Shown: positions 33,649 through 44,100 of the stretch, one piece after another
Position numbering within the stretch: the stretch's first letter is position 1
How the letters are laid out: each line of letters opens with the position of its first letter
From: Pachysolen tannophilus NRRL Y-2460
Taxonomy: Eukaryota
Direction of reading: 5' to 3'
DNA: 64,000 nucleotides
NCBI GenBank assembly: GCA_001661245.1
Contig: KV454011.1
Span: 647,498-711,497 of the forward strand
Program-made: the position numbers and the translations under genes
Notes under the pieces: model-generated
What the model was told of the DNA's origin: nothing
Database searches by the model: none
Seen by the model: only the letters and a program-made list of their open reading frames with translations

Positions 33649-36600
33649 ATGAGAATTTCAAACAGTGTGTTACTTTCATTAAGCGCAGCTCTGATAGTAG
33701 TTGCTTCACCAATACATCACGAGTATCTTAAGCATTATTATGCAAAAAGATACGCCGAACCAGAAGTAGTTACAATCTTTACCACTGTTACCGACTTTAT
33801 TACCGGAGAAAATTGTATAAATACAATTGGAGAAACAGCAACTGTTGGGGTTTCAGCCGGTGTCAGTTTAAGTGTCGATATCTCGGCAGGTGGGTCTATC
33901 ACCATTGTTGAAACTTCAACCGGAACTTCTATCGCTACTATTACCGAAACCGAATCATATCCTGGCTTCCCAGTTTCCACAGAAACTTTATCATCAATTG
34001 ATGTTTCTGTTACCACTTTAACTGAGACTGAGTCATGTACAGAGTACTTAACAACAACTGAATCTTCTAATACAATTCCTAGTCAAACTCAGACATACTC
34101 AGAATCTTCATCATCAACAACATTTTTATCTTTGACCCCAACTTCGAGTGCAATTGAATCAAGTTCTGAATCTTCATTATCTACAATACTTTCAAGTTCT
34201 GCTACTACTACTCCAGAAACCGAATCGTATTCTGAGTCCACCCCAACAACCACATTTTCATCTTCAGCAACAACTTCTAGTACAACAGAGTCAAGTTCAG
34301 AAAGTTCCTCATCAACCATATTTTCATCATCAACCACAACTTCTAGTGCAACAGAATCAAGTTCCGAATCTTCATCATCAACAGTACTTTCAAGCTCTGC
34401 TACTACTACTACAGAAACCGAATCATGCTCAGAGTCCACCCCAACAACTCCAGTACCATCTTCAGCAACTACCTCTAGTACAACTGAGTCAAGTTCAGAA
34501 AGTTCCTCATCAACCACAACTTCTAGTGCAACAGAATCAAGTTCTGAATCTTCATCATCAACAGTACTTTCAAGCTCTGCTACTACTACTACAGAAACCG
34601 AATCATGCTCAGAGTCCACCCCAACAACTCCAGTATCATCTTCAGCAACTACCTCTAGTACAACCGAGTCAAGTTCAGAAAGTTCCTCATCAACCATATT
34701 TTCATCATCAACCACAACTTCTAGTGCAACAGAGTCAAGTTCTGAATCTTCATCATCATCAACATATTCAGTCTCTGTTACAACTGCTACTGAAACTGAA
34801 TCCTGTTCCGAGTCTATGTCGATAGTTCCTCCTGAGACACCAGCTCCTTCCTCATCAACGACAACATCTCTTCTCTCAACAACTGCTATAACCTCTACCG
34901 CAAGTACATCTGGAATCGGATCTTGTGATGCAATTCCATCAGCTGCGGCAATAGCTGCGGCTATAGCTGCAGATGTTTCGGCAGGAGTCACTTTATCTGC
35001 TGGTGCTTTACTTAGTCTCGAGGCAGACGTAAGTGCCGACGTTGGATTACAAGCTAGATCACCATTGGTAATTGATGCTGATGTTGCCGCATGTGTTGAG
35101 GCATTAGTCGATCTTGATCTTAAGAAAAGATCTCCATTAGCAGTTGATGCTGATGTTGCTGCTGACGTTGATGCTTTGGTAGATGTTGGTCTTAAACGTA
35201 GATCTCCACTAGCAGTTGATGCTGATGTTGCTGCTGACGTTGACGCTTTGGTAGATGTTGGTCTTAAACGTAGATCTCCACTAGCAGTTGACGCTGATGT
35301 TGCTGCTGACGTTGATGCTTTGGTCGATGTTGGTCTTAAGAAAAGATCTCCATTAGCAGTTGATGCTGATGTTGCTGCTGACGTTGATGCTTTGGTAGAT
35401 GTTGGTCTTAAACGTAGATCTCCACTAGCAGTTGACGCTGACGTTGCTGCTGACGTTGATGCTTTGGTCGATGTTGGTCTTAAAAAAAGGTCCCCATTAG
35501 CAGTTGATGCCGATGTTGCTGCTGATGTTGACGCATTGGTTGATGTTGGTCTTAAAAAAAGGTCCCCATTAGCAGTTGATGCCGATGTGCTGCTGATGTT
35601 GACGCATTGGTTGATTGTGTCTTAAGAAAAGGTCTCCATTAGCAGTTGATGCTGATGTTGCTNNNNNNNNNNNNNNNNNNNNNNNNNNNNNNNNNNNNNN
35701 NNNNNNNNNNNNNNNNNNNNNNNNNNNNNNNNNNNNNNNNNNNNNNNNNNNNNNNNNNNNNNNNNNNNNNNNNNNNNNNNNNNNNNNNNNNNNNNNNNNN
35801 NNNNNNNNNNNNNNNNNNNNNNNNNNNNNNNNNNNNNNNNNNNNNNNNNNNNNNNNNNNNNNNNNNNNNNNNNNNNNNNNNNNNNNNNNNNNNNNNNNNN
35901 NNNNNNNNNNNNNNNNNNNNNNNNNNNNNNNNNNNNNNNNNNNNNNNNNNNNNNNNNNNNNNNNNNNNNNNNNNNNNNNNNNNNNNNNNNNNNNNNNNNN
36001 NNNNNNNNNNNNNNNNNNNNNNNNNNNNNNNNNNNNNNNNNNNNNNNNNNNNNNNNNNNNNNNNNNNNNNNNNNNNNNNNNNNNNNNNNNNNNNNNNNNN
36101 NNNNNNNNNNNNNNNNNNNNNNNNNNNNNNNNNNNNNNNNNNNNNNNNNNNNNNNNNNNNNNNNNNNNNNNNNNNNNNNNNNNNNNNNNNNNNNNNNNNN
36201 NNNNNNNNNNNNNNNNNNNNNNNNNNNNNNNNNNNNNNNNNNNNNNNNNNNNNNNNNNNNNNNNNNNNNNNNNNNNNNNNNNNNNNNNNNNNNNNNNNNN
36301 NNNNNNNNNNNNNNNNNNNNNNNNNNNNNNNNNNNNNNNNNNNNNNNNNNNNNNNNNNNNNNNNNNNNNNNNNNNNNNATTGGTTGATGTTGGTCTTAAA
36401 AAAAGGTCCCCATTAGCAGTTGATGCCGATGTTGCTGCTGACGTTGATGCTTTGGTAGATGTTGGTCTTAAACGTAGATCTCCACTAACAGTTGACGCTG
36501 ACGTTGCTGCTGACGTTGATGCTTTGGTCGATGTTGGTCTTAAGAAAAGATCTCCATTAGCAGTTGATGCTGATGTTGCTGCTGACGTTGACGCATTGGT

Positions 36601-36760
36601 TGATGTTGGTCTTAAACGTAGATCCCCATTAGCAGTTGACGCTGACGTTGCTGCTGACGTTGACGCTTTGGTAGATGTTGGTCTTAAACGTAGATCTCCA
36701 CTAGCAGTTGACGCTGATGTTGCTGCTGACGTTGATGCTTTGGTCGATGTTGGTCTTTAA
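33649..36760 (+). CDS. Secreted Kex2-processed repeat protein: signal peptide, Ser/Thr stalk and tandem SPLAVDADVAADVDALVDVGL peptides (spans an assembly gap)
   Basis: ATG 33649 in an A-rich context; MRISNSVLLSLSAALIVVA|SP signal; HHEYLKHYYAKR pro-region; identical peptides separated by KKR/KRR on both sides of the gap. Two apparent 1-nt losses near 35588-35620 lie at the contig end. Confidence 0.85.
34138..34830 (+). repeat. Degenerate roughly 180-200 nt tandem repeats encoding the Ser/Thr/Glu stalk
   Basis: About 3.5 copies of TTTSSATESSSESSSSTVLSSSATTTTETESCSESTPTTP.SSSATTSSTTESSSESSSS. Confidence 0.85.
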
Positions 36761-36810
36761 AAGAGATCTCCATTGGCAGTCGACGCTGACGTTGCTGCTA
36801 ACGTTGACGC
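35059..36810 (+). repeat. 72-nt tandem array (24 codons: K(K/R)R + 21-aa peptide)
   Basis: One degenerate lead unit (35059), 6 perfect units from 35131, 1 frameshifted and 1 partial unit, the gap, 1 partial and 5 complete units, then one relic unit after the TAA. Confidence 0.95.
35663..36378. other. Assembly gap (716 N) inside the repeat array
   Basis: N run flanked on both sides by the same 72-nt repeat. Confidence 0.99.
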
Positions 36811-37272
36811 AGGTGTTATTGTCAATTGGAAAGCTGGATCAGGTTTGTCTTCTCGCTCGCTAAACACTAAAGAATCTTCTATGATTCATTTCAACAATTT
36901 TTCAAAGTTTACTAAAATTTTACATCATAATCTGCATTGAAAACAACTTTCATGTTATTTCAAATGGACTATTGATATACATTCTTTTTTCCTTTCTTCC
37001 TTCTTTTATTATTAATTATATCTAATATCATTTATATTCTTCCACCTTTTTATTTTTTTTTCTTTAAAAAACTTTTAATTTTATTTCTAGTTCAAATCAA
37101 TAGTTAGTTGATAATCTTATAAATATTATATTTTTCTATAAACTATACTACTGGTATTGGAGCTTTGTTTCGAATAATAACAACCATGTCAAATATAGTG
37201 AAATCAATTTATTACTCATTACATAGACCATTTAAATTTTGAAATACCATAAACAGAAGTTGATGTAGCTTT

Positions 37273-38022
37273 TCAACCAAAGAACCTTAGAATAAGATAG
37301 AAACAAAAGAAAGTGACAACACATCCACCAACAAAGAACAACTTATCTTCTTTACATTTCCTTTCAATTTTTTTCAAAGTAACATTTGAAATTTTCAAAG
37401 TTCCTACCGATGATGATATCTTTCTTGACATATTTCTTAAATAATCATTTTGTTCAACCAAATTGTCCAAAGATCCCGATGCCATTTCAAGGAGGTGATC
37501 CAATTGTTGATTTCCCGTTTGAAGTGTATGTTTCTCTCTATATAAGCCTTCTTCATATCCAAGTTGCAGTTGCTGTTGTTGATCTGTAGGTGGGCTATTA
37601 TTTATATAAGGATTATCCGACGCACTATTAGCGAAGCTACCGTTATGGCCATGCCTTGTTCTTTCAAATAACTGTGTTCGTGATTGCTCCTGTAAATGCT
37701 CTTCTCTAAATTTTTTCAACCTGTTAAATTGTAATTTAAATTCATCAAGTTGATTATTTAAATTGTTCAACTTGTTCTCATTTTTCAAAAACTTTGTTTC
37801 ATTTTCCTTTTCTTGCTCCTTGGAAACACTAGATGATGATTGTCTTTGTTGTTTATTCAACGATATAGAATACTCATCTATTGTCTTTGCCAATTGTGTT
37901 AATGTTGTTGATATTTGACCTATCAATGAAAGTGGTGAATTCGTTATATTTGCTTCAAACGATTCCAAATCTCGTTTCAAAGACTGAGTTTGTTTAACAG
38001 CATGATTATAAATGGAATTCAT
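37273..38022 (-). CDS. BOS1: ER-Golgi Qb-SNARE
   Basis: MNSIYNHAVKQ start (ATG 38022), SNARE coil, EDK..F plus C-terminal TM. Confidence 0.9.
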   Translation of the reverse strand: MNSIYNHAVKQTQSLKRDLESFEANITNSPLSLIGQISTTLTQLAKTIDEYSISLNKQQRQSSSSVSKEQEKENETKFLKNENKLNNLNNQLDEFKLQFNRLKKFREEHLQEQSRTQLFERTRHGHNGSFANSASDNPYINNSPPTDQQQQLQLGYEEGLYREKHTLQTGNQQLDHLLEMASGSLDNLVEQNDYLRNMSRKISSSVGTLKISNVTLKKIERKCKEDKLFFVGGCVVTFFCFYLILRFFG

Positions 38023-38221
38023 GTCTTCTCCTTCCCTATTAGAAACTCCAAACAAGACAATCAAAAACAAAAATAATATTTATAATTATAAATATAATTT
38101 AATTCAAACTTTAATAATGGTGATGATAATTATAAAAACAAAAAAGCAAAAAAAAAGAAAATAATTGCATATTTCAATTAGTTAGTTATAATACAAATAT
38201 TTACAATTGAAATCGGGGAAG

Positions 38222-39553
38222 ATGACATCCTACAACATAGCTATGATATCAGATTTTTTCTATCCGCAACCAGGAGGTGTTGAATTGCATGTTTATCATT
38301 TGTCGCAGAAACTAATAGATTTGGGTCATAGTGTTATAATAATTACACATGATTACGGTAACAGAACAGGTGTTAGGTATTTGACGAATGGATTGAAGGT
38401 TTATTATTTACCATTCTTGGTACTTTATAGACAAGCATCGTTTCCCTCAGTGTTTTCTGCTTTTCCAATTTTGAGAAATATAATAATACGAGAACGTATT
38501 GATATTGTACATGGTCATGGTTCTTTTAGTTCGTTATGCCATGAAGCGATTTTCCATTCAAGAACGATGGGGTTGAAGACGGTTTTCACCGACCATTCAC
38601 TTTTCGGTTTTGCTGATGTTGGAAGTATATTGGGGAATAAATTGTTGAAGTTCACATTGAGTGATGTTGGCCATGTTATATGTGTCTCTCATACTTGTAA
38701 AGAAAATACAGTACTAAGAGCTTCTTTAGATCCATTAAATGTTTCAGTAATTCCAAATGCAGTGGTTTCTGAAGATTTTAAACCAGAAAAATCTAAGGCA
38801 AGACCTCAGTTAACAATTGTAGTGATATCACGGTTATTTCAAAATAAAGGAATTGATTTGTTGACTGCTATAATACCCAGAATATGTTCTCAGAATAAAA
38901 GTGTTAATTTTTTAATTGCTGGAGATGGACCAAAATTTATAGATTTAGACCAGATGAGAGAGAAATTTCAATTACAAGACCGGGTGGAACTAATTGGAAG
39001 TATTAAACATGAGGAAGTGAGAGATATCATGGTACAAGGTCATATTTATTTACATCCTTCTTTAACTGAAGCGTTTGGAACTGTATTAGTGGAAGCTGCA
39101 TCGTGTGGATTGCTTGTGGTGACAACCAGAGTTGGTGGTATTCCAGAAGTTTTACCAAGCCATATGACAGTATTTGCAGATCCAGAAGAAGATTCGTTGG
39201 TTGATTCCATAAATCGTGCAATAGATATTGTTAGAAAGAATAAGATAGATACTTCAAGATTTCATGATGAAGTGAAGGCCATGTATGACTGGTCTGATGT
39301 GGCTAGAAGAACGGAAAATGTTTACAATTCCATTGATGATGAAGATATCAATTTGAACTTGATCGATCGTTTAAAGAAATACTACAGTGGTGGACCTTGG
39401 GCAGGAAAACTATACGTCTTATGTGCAGTGGTTGATATATTTCTATATATCTTCTTGGAATGGTGGTTTCCAAGGGATAATATAGATGTTGTGAAAAAAT
39501 GGCCAAATGATCATGTAAATAATGAAAGTGATAGCGATTATGATATATATTGA
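38222..39553 (+). CDS. SPT14: GPI-GlcNAc transferase catalytic subunit (PIG-A/GPI3)
   Basis: [55 protein letters not shown]. Confidence 0.97.
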   Translation: MTSYNIAMISDFFYPQPGGVELHVYHLSQKLIDLGHSVIIITHDYGNRTGVRYLTNGLKVYYLPFLVLYRQASFPSVFSAFPILRNIIIRERIDIVHGHGSFSSLCHEAIFHSRTMGLKTVFTDHSLFGFADVGSILGNKLLKFTLSDVGHVICVSHTCKENTVLRASLDPLNVSVIPNAVVSEDFKPEKSKARPQLTIVVISRLFQNKGIDLLTAIIPRICSQNKSVNFLIAGDGPKFIDLDQMREKFQLQDRVELIGSIKHEEVRDIMVQGHIYLHPSLTEAFGTVLVEAASCGLLVVTTRVGGIPEVLPSHMTVFADPEEDSLVDSINRAIDIVRKNKIDTSRFHDEVKAMYDWSDVARRTENVYNSIDDEDINLNLIDRLKKYYSGGPWAGKLYVLCAVVDIFLYIFLEWWFPRDNIDVVKKWPNDHVNNESDSDYDIY

Positions 39554-39578
39554 ATTCTTATTGCATATAGAGCTCAAC

Positions 39579-42578
39579 TTAAAATTTGAAATTATTTTTT
39601 TGAATCTCAAATTTATAATATTCATCTTTCATCGAACTAATATAATATTTTGGTATTAAAGATTTCGGTTGCCATTTGTGTGAGTCTGTTGGTGATTTAA
39701 TCGGTATTATGGAATAATTTTCATTCATATTCATCAATTGCTTGTACACTGATCTAATGTTATCACTGATATTATATTGTGATTTTCTGTTGTTGGTTAA
39801 AGGTCTCTTCAACCACTCAAGCTCCTCGCTAAAAGCAGGAGCAGAAGACTTCAAATGCTGGATACTCTTTCTCAAAGTATGGATTTCACTGATTAACGAA
39901 CATTGATCATTGAATTTTTTTTCTTCAAAAATATCAAAATCACCAATTAATTTCAAACTCTGTTTGGAACTTTTTAAATCATTTATTGTCTGCAATTGCT
40001 GATTATTTTGCAGAATTAAGTCGTTTAAGTTAGCGAGAAGTTTTTCATTTCCCTCTTTGTAAGAATTTAATTCATTTTTTAAAGATAAATAGTTAGCTTT
40101 ATAAATTTCATTACTGGTTAATTTTTGGTTTAAAACTGTTATTTTCAAAGTTAATTCTTCAATTAATCTATTTTTATCTTTGAAAACTTTGGAAAAACTC
40201 ATAACTTCTTGTTTTAATGAATCCAATTCTTTTAACCTCCTAAGATTTTCACTGTCATGATTTTTTAGATCTTTCAAATGTGAAACCCAAATAGGTTCGT
40301 TTGGGTCATATTTAATGATATCTTCTACTTCAAAATCAACTTTTTCTAAAATTTCTTTTAAATGGCTTAACTCGACTACTTTCTCCTCAAATGTTGAAGC
40401 CTTGTAGTCATTTTCCAAATCCAATTCTAAAGCTTCAACAACATCATTCAACTCGACTTCTGAACCAATAACACTGAATTCCCTTTCTAAATTTTCTGTA
40501 ATTTTTATGAAAAACTCATAAAATTCGTCTTGAATTTCCAGGAAATCTCTCTCAATTGCAATATCTTCATTTTCTGCTAAAGAGTTCAGTATTCTGTCAA
40601 TAAGTGCTTTTGCATGAGATATTTCTGTTATCAAAGTCTTAAGCACAGCAGTTGAATCGCTTAGCTCATCATAGTTCGGTATAAATGCATTTATAATTAC
40701 AAGAATAAGTTGTGATGAACAATCTAATGGAATTTTACAATCATTACCCAACTTTAAGATAAGTTTTTCTCTGGTAGTAAATTTTTTATCTTCCAATAAT
40801 TCATTATTATTAAATATTTCAATTAAATTACTCTGCAAATCTGTGAATTTTATGTACAATCCATTATCCAAATCCTGATCTTTTATGAAATTGATTGCAT
40901 CCTCAATTCTATTATTAAGAATGTTGTTAAAATAAATTAAGTCATCTAATTTTTTTGTATTATTGAAAGTAAGGACAATGCTAAAGTATTTCAAAAAATT
41001 CGAAATCTTTAAAAAAAGTGAATAATATTTAATGATCAGAACCACCGATTTTCCAATTTTCTTTGGGAAAGGTAAAAAATGATCAATTAAAATTTTTGAT
41101 AACATTAACAATATTTTTGAATTTTTCTGGAAACTGGTAACTAAAGTGATCAATTTTTCATCATTTTTCAAATCATGTTGTATGATTAAATCTTTCAATG
41201 TTTCAATATTATTCAAATATGCTGATTTTGTAATTGTATTTAATTTTTCATCAATCTCTAGCTGGAAATTTGAATTTCCAAGTTTGATTAGCTGTTGCTG
41301 CAATTCTATCATTTCTTCATTACTGTTATTGTTTTTATCATTCTTATCATTATTATTATTTATATTGCTTGATTCATGAAGTATTTCTGAATTGGGTATA
41401 TTCACAACAGATTCATGTCTGAAATTTGACAATTTTTTTTCCAAATACTGACTTTTCTCCTTTAATTCTTTAATAAGTAAATTATCTTGATTAATTTTTT
41501 GTTTCATAGAATCCAATTCTTTTTTCAACTCATTTTCAAGTTCCAGATGATTTTGTGCTAAATTTTCATCCAAATCTTGTAATTGTTCCAATTCAGCAAC
41601 TGTTTGATTCAAATTTTTAATTGTTTCACTTAAAGATATATTTTTTTCAGTTAAATTTTCAATTAATTTTTCAGTTTCTAAAGTTGAATCTATTTGAGAT
41701 TTCAATTGAGTTATAATAAGTTCTGCATTTGTTAATTTTTGCAAAGTTTCATTATATTTAATTTCTATATCGGTTAATCTTGACAATTCTGATTCTAATG
41801 ATGATATTTTTAATAAGAGTTCATTTTCCTTATCGGTGGAGACATTTTTCAAATTAAATAATGCAATTTCCATTAATTTATTTCTTTTATGTAATATATC
41901 AGTATTAGTATTATTATTTGAATCATCAGCAGCGGCTAAGATTTCATTTTCTATTTCTTGGTTCAATTTCAATTCTTCTTGTAATGCAGCAAAATCATCT
42001 TGTAAATCAAGATATTTTTTATTTAATTCTTCCATTTCAAAAATTAATAATTCATTTTTTTCATTAAATAATTCTTTATCAATTGTTAAACGTTCTAAAT
42101 TTTCTTCTGATTTAGTCAATAATTTTGTTAAATTAACCTTTTCATTATTCAATCTTTCAATATCTTCTTTCATCAATTTTAATTTATCTTGAAGTTTATA
42201 AATAATATTATGAAGTTTTTCAATTTCTTTATTATTGGATTTATTTAATTTAGTTTCCAGAATTTCACTTAAATATGTTGGTCTATTTAATTGAAATTCA
42301 TTTTGAATATAATTTTTTTCAATTCCTTGATTTTCATCATCAACAATTTCACAAGCACCCAGTCGAATAAAAATCCCATAATTATTTCCATCTTGTTTTT
42401 CTAATTCAAAATACTTTACATCATTAACACTCCCATTATTTTTACCAATTGAATCAATTAATTCTATCCCAATCCATTCCCCATTAGCAAACTCAGTCTC
42501 ACCAATATATCTAATAATCCCATATTCGCCTTTAACCTTTATCTTCTGGCCTACAAAAAGTGAAACACCATTAGACAT
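39579..42578 (-). CDS. NIP100: Dynactin p150Glued subunit
   Basis: N-terminal CAP-Gly (GEWIGIEL....GKNNGSV) followed by long coiled coils; first ATG at 42578. Confidence 0.85.
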   Translation of the reverse strand: MSNGVSLFVGQKIKVKGEYGIIRYIGETEFANGEWIGIELIDSIGKNNGSVNDVKYFELEKQDGNNYGIFIRLGACEIVDDENQGIEKNYIQNEFQLNRPTYLSEILETKLNKSNNKEIEKLHNIIYKLQDKLKLMKEDIERLNNEKVNLTKLLTKSEENLERLTIDKELFNEKNELLIFEMEELNKKYLDLQDDFAALQEELKLNQEIENEILAAADDSNNNTNTDILHKRNKLMEIALFNLKNVSTDKENELLLKISSLESELSRLTDIEIKYNETLQKLTNAELIITQLKSQIDSTLETEKLIENLTEKNISLSETIKNLNQTVAELEQLQDLDENLAQNHLELENELKKELDSMKQKINQDNLLIKELKEKSQYLEKKLSNFRHESVVNIPNSEILHESSNINNNNDKNDKNNNSNEEMIELQQQLIKLGNSNFQLEIDEKLNTITKSAYLNNIETLKDLIIQHDLKNDEKLITLVTSFQKNSKILLMLSKILIDHFLPFPKKIGKSVVLIIKYYSLFLKISNFLKYFSIVLTFNNTKKLDDLIYFNNILNNRIEDAINFIKDQDLDNGLYIKFTDLQSNLIEIFNNNELLEDKKFTTREKLILKLGNDCKIPLDCSSQLILVIINAFIPNYDELSDSTAVLKTLITEISHAKALIDRILNSLAENEDIAIERDFLEIQDEFYEFFIKITENLEREFSVIGSEVELNDVVEALELDLENDYKASTFEEKVVELSHLKEILEKVDFEVEDIIKYDPNEPIWVSHLKDLKNHDSENLRRLKELDSLKQEVMSFSKVFKDKNRLIEELTLKITVLNQKLTSNEIYKANYLSLKNELNSYKEGNEKLLANLNDLILQNNQQLQTINDLKSSKQSLKLIGDFDIFEEKKFNDQCSLISEIHTLRKSIQHLKSSAPAFSEELEWLKRPLTNNRKSQYNISDNIRSVYKQLMNMNENYSIIPIKSPTDSHKWQPKSLIPKYYISSMKDEYYKFEIQKNNFKF

Positions 42579-42722
42579 TGATTGATTTAATCCATAAACC
42601 CCTATTAATTCTTTTATTATATATATTATATATATATATATTTTATACAAAAACTGTTTGTGTTTGCAATATTTGATTTCTGTCACTCCAAAAAAAATAA
42701 AAAATAAAAATAAAGAAAAAAA

Positions 42723-42728
42723 ACGCGT
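42723..42728. promoter_or_regulatory. MCB element in the NIP100/CDC31 divergent promoter
   Basis: ACGCGT in a 264-bp AT-rich intergenic region between two spindle/SPB-related genes. Confidence 0.6.
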
Positions 42729-42842
42729 TTAAAAAATATAAAAAAGAGAATTTAAAATACAAAACCCATTAATTTATTATTTGTGATTAATCGAGTGAGT
42801 GATATAATATTTGATATAATTTTGAATTGTGTTTAGGTTGAG

Positions 42843-43442
42843 ATGAGCCATAGTTATAGCCAGCAAATGATGAGTGCTGTGAAGGGAGAATTATTGAATG
42901 AACAAAAGCAAGAAATCAAAGAAGCTTTTACATTATTTGATATGAATAATGATGGTTGTTTAGATTATCATGAATTAAAAGTTGCTTTAAAAGCCTTAGG
43001 GTTTGATATGTCCAAGAGACAAGTATTAGATATAATCCATGAGTTTGATACAGATGGTAGAAACTTGATAAATTATGATGATTTTTATAGATATGGTAAG
43101 CTTTTTTTTTTTTTTTTTTGGATTTCATTATTATTACTAATTTTTATTACCGTTTTAACTATTTTACTAACAGTTTTTTTTTTTGCAAAAAAAAAAATTG
43201 GATATTTAGTTGGAGAGAAAATACTACAGAGAGATCCTTTAGATGAAATTAAACGTGCTTTTAAACTATTTGATGATGATAATACTGGCAAAATCAGTCT
43301 TAGAAACTTGAGACGAGTCGCAAAAGAGTTGGGCGAAAATCTTTCTGACGATGAACTCCGGGCCATGATTGATGAATTCGATTTAGATGATGATGGAGAA
43401 ATTAACGAACAAGAATTTATCAATATATGTGTAGAAAACTGA
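42843..43442 (+). CDS. CDC31: Centrin; 2 exons (42843-43095, 43210-43442), 161 aa spliced
   Basis: Four EF-hands; splicing gives [24 protein letters not shown] and a centrin-sized product. Confidence 0.95.
   Translation: MSHSYSQQMMSAVKGELLNEQKQEIKEAFTLFDMNNDGCLDYHELKVALKALGFDMSKRQVLDIIHEFDTDGRNLINYDDFYRYGKLFFFFFWISLLLLIFITVLTILLTVFFFAKKKIGYLVGEKILQRDPLDEIKRAFKLFDDDNTGKISLRNLRRVAKELGENLSDDELRAMIDEFDLDDDGEINEQEFINICVEN
43096..43209 (+). other. Spliceosomal intron of CDC31 (114 nt, in frame, stop-free)
   Basis: GTAAGC donor, TACTAAC at 43165-43171, TAG acceptor at 43207-43209. Confidence 0.92.
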
Positions 43443-44100
43443 AACAAATGTTATATAATAGTAATAGTAATAATAGTAAGTAAAGTGAAAGTAATAAAAC
43501 GTTAGTCGTGTATGAGAATACCGCATTTCCTAAAGAGGTAATTACACTTTTCTTTCCCTTGTTTAGACCGCCCCCAAATGCAGACCTCACGTAACCGGTT
43601 TTTATTTTTTCAAAAAAAAGCCTTTACTTATTATTATGACGTATCATCTTGAAAACCGTGCCACACTCAAACAAGCCGAAAAGCGCGCACACAACCATAC
43701 GCAAATATACGGTTTTGTGTGTGTTGTGTGCTCATCGTTCAACGGTTTACAAAGGGGTTGGAAGTAGTGTAACTGCAAGGCAAAAAAAAAAGGAAACACT
43801 TGTTTTTTAGTTTTTTTTTTGGGGGGACAAGTGTCCGGTTAAATCGGGTCTCTTTTTGCCCTTTTTTTTAATTTTTTTTTGTTTTTACCAGCACACTGAT
43901 AAATCTTAACAACGCATCTCTTGACCAAACAAAAGCAAAAAATAATCTTTGACGATTACTATTATTATTATATATATATATATATAATTAATTAATTTTT
44001 TTTTTTTTTGTCAATTCAGTATATCTGGTTTGGCTGATATATTTAAAATATATATCTAGGTCATAGTTATAGAGATTAGGGGGAAAAAAAACAAATCAAG

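Noticed and set aside
33738..34991. Antisense and alternative-frame ORFs (33738-34016, 34089-34991, 34148-34825)
   Set aside because: Shadows of the repetitive Ser/Thr codons, with no independent coding signal.
35585..35625. Frameshifts and early stop of the tracked 685-aa ORF as real gene termination
   Set aside because: Two apparent single-base losses within about 80 nt of a contig end in a collapsed repeat; most likely low-quality consensus.
35615..36416. ORFs full of X (also 55342-56409)
   Set aside because: Artefacts of translating N gaps.
35131..36757. 72-nt array as a CRISPR array, pheromone precursor or cyclic RiPP (dikaritin) cluster
   Set aside because: No unique spacers and the array is protein-coding. 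The peptide lacks the aromatic residues typical of alpha-factors and ustiloxin-type cores, and no DUF3328/UstY, tyrosinase or transporter genes are adjacent.
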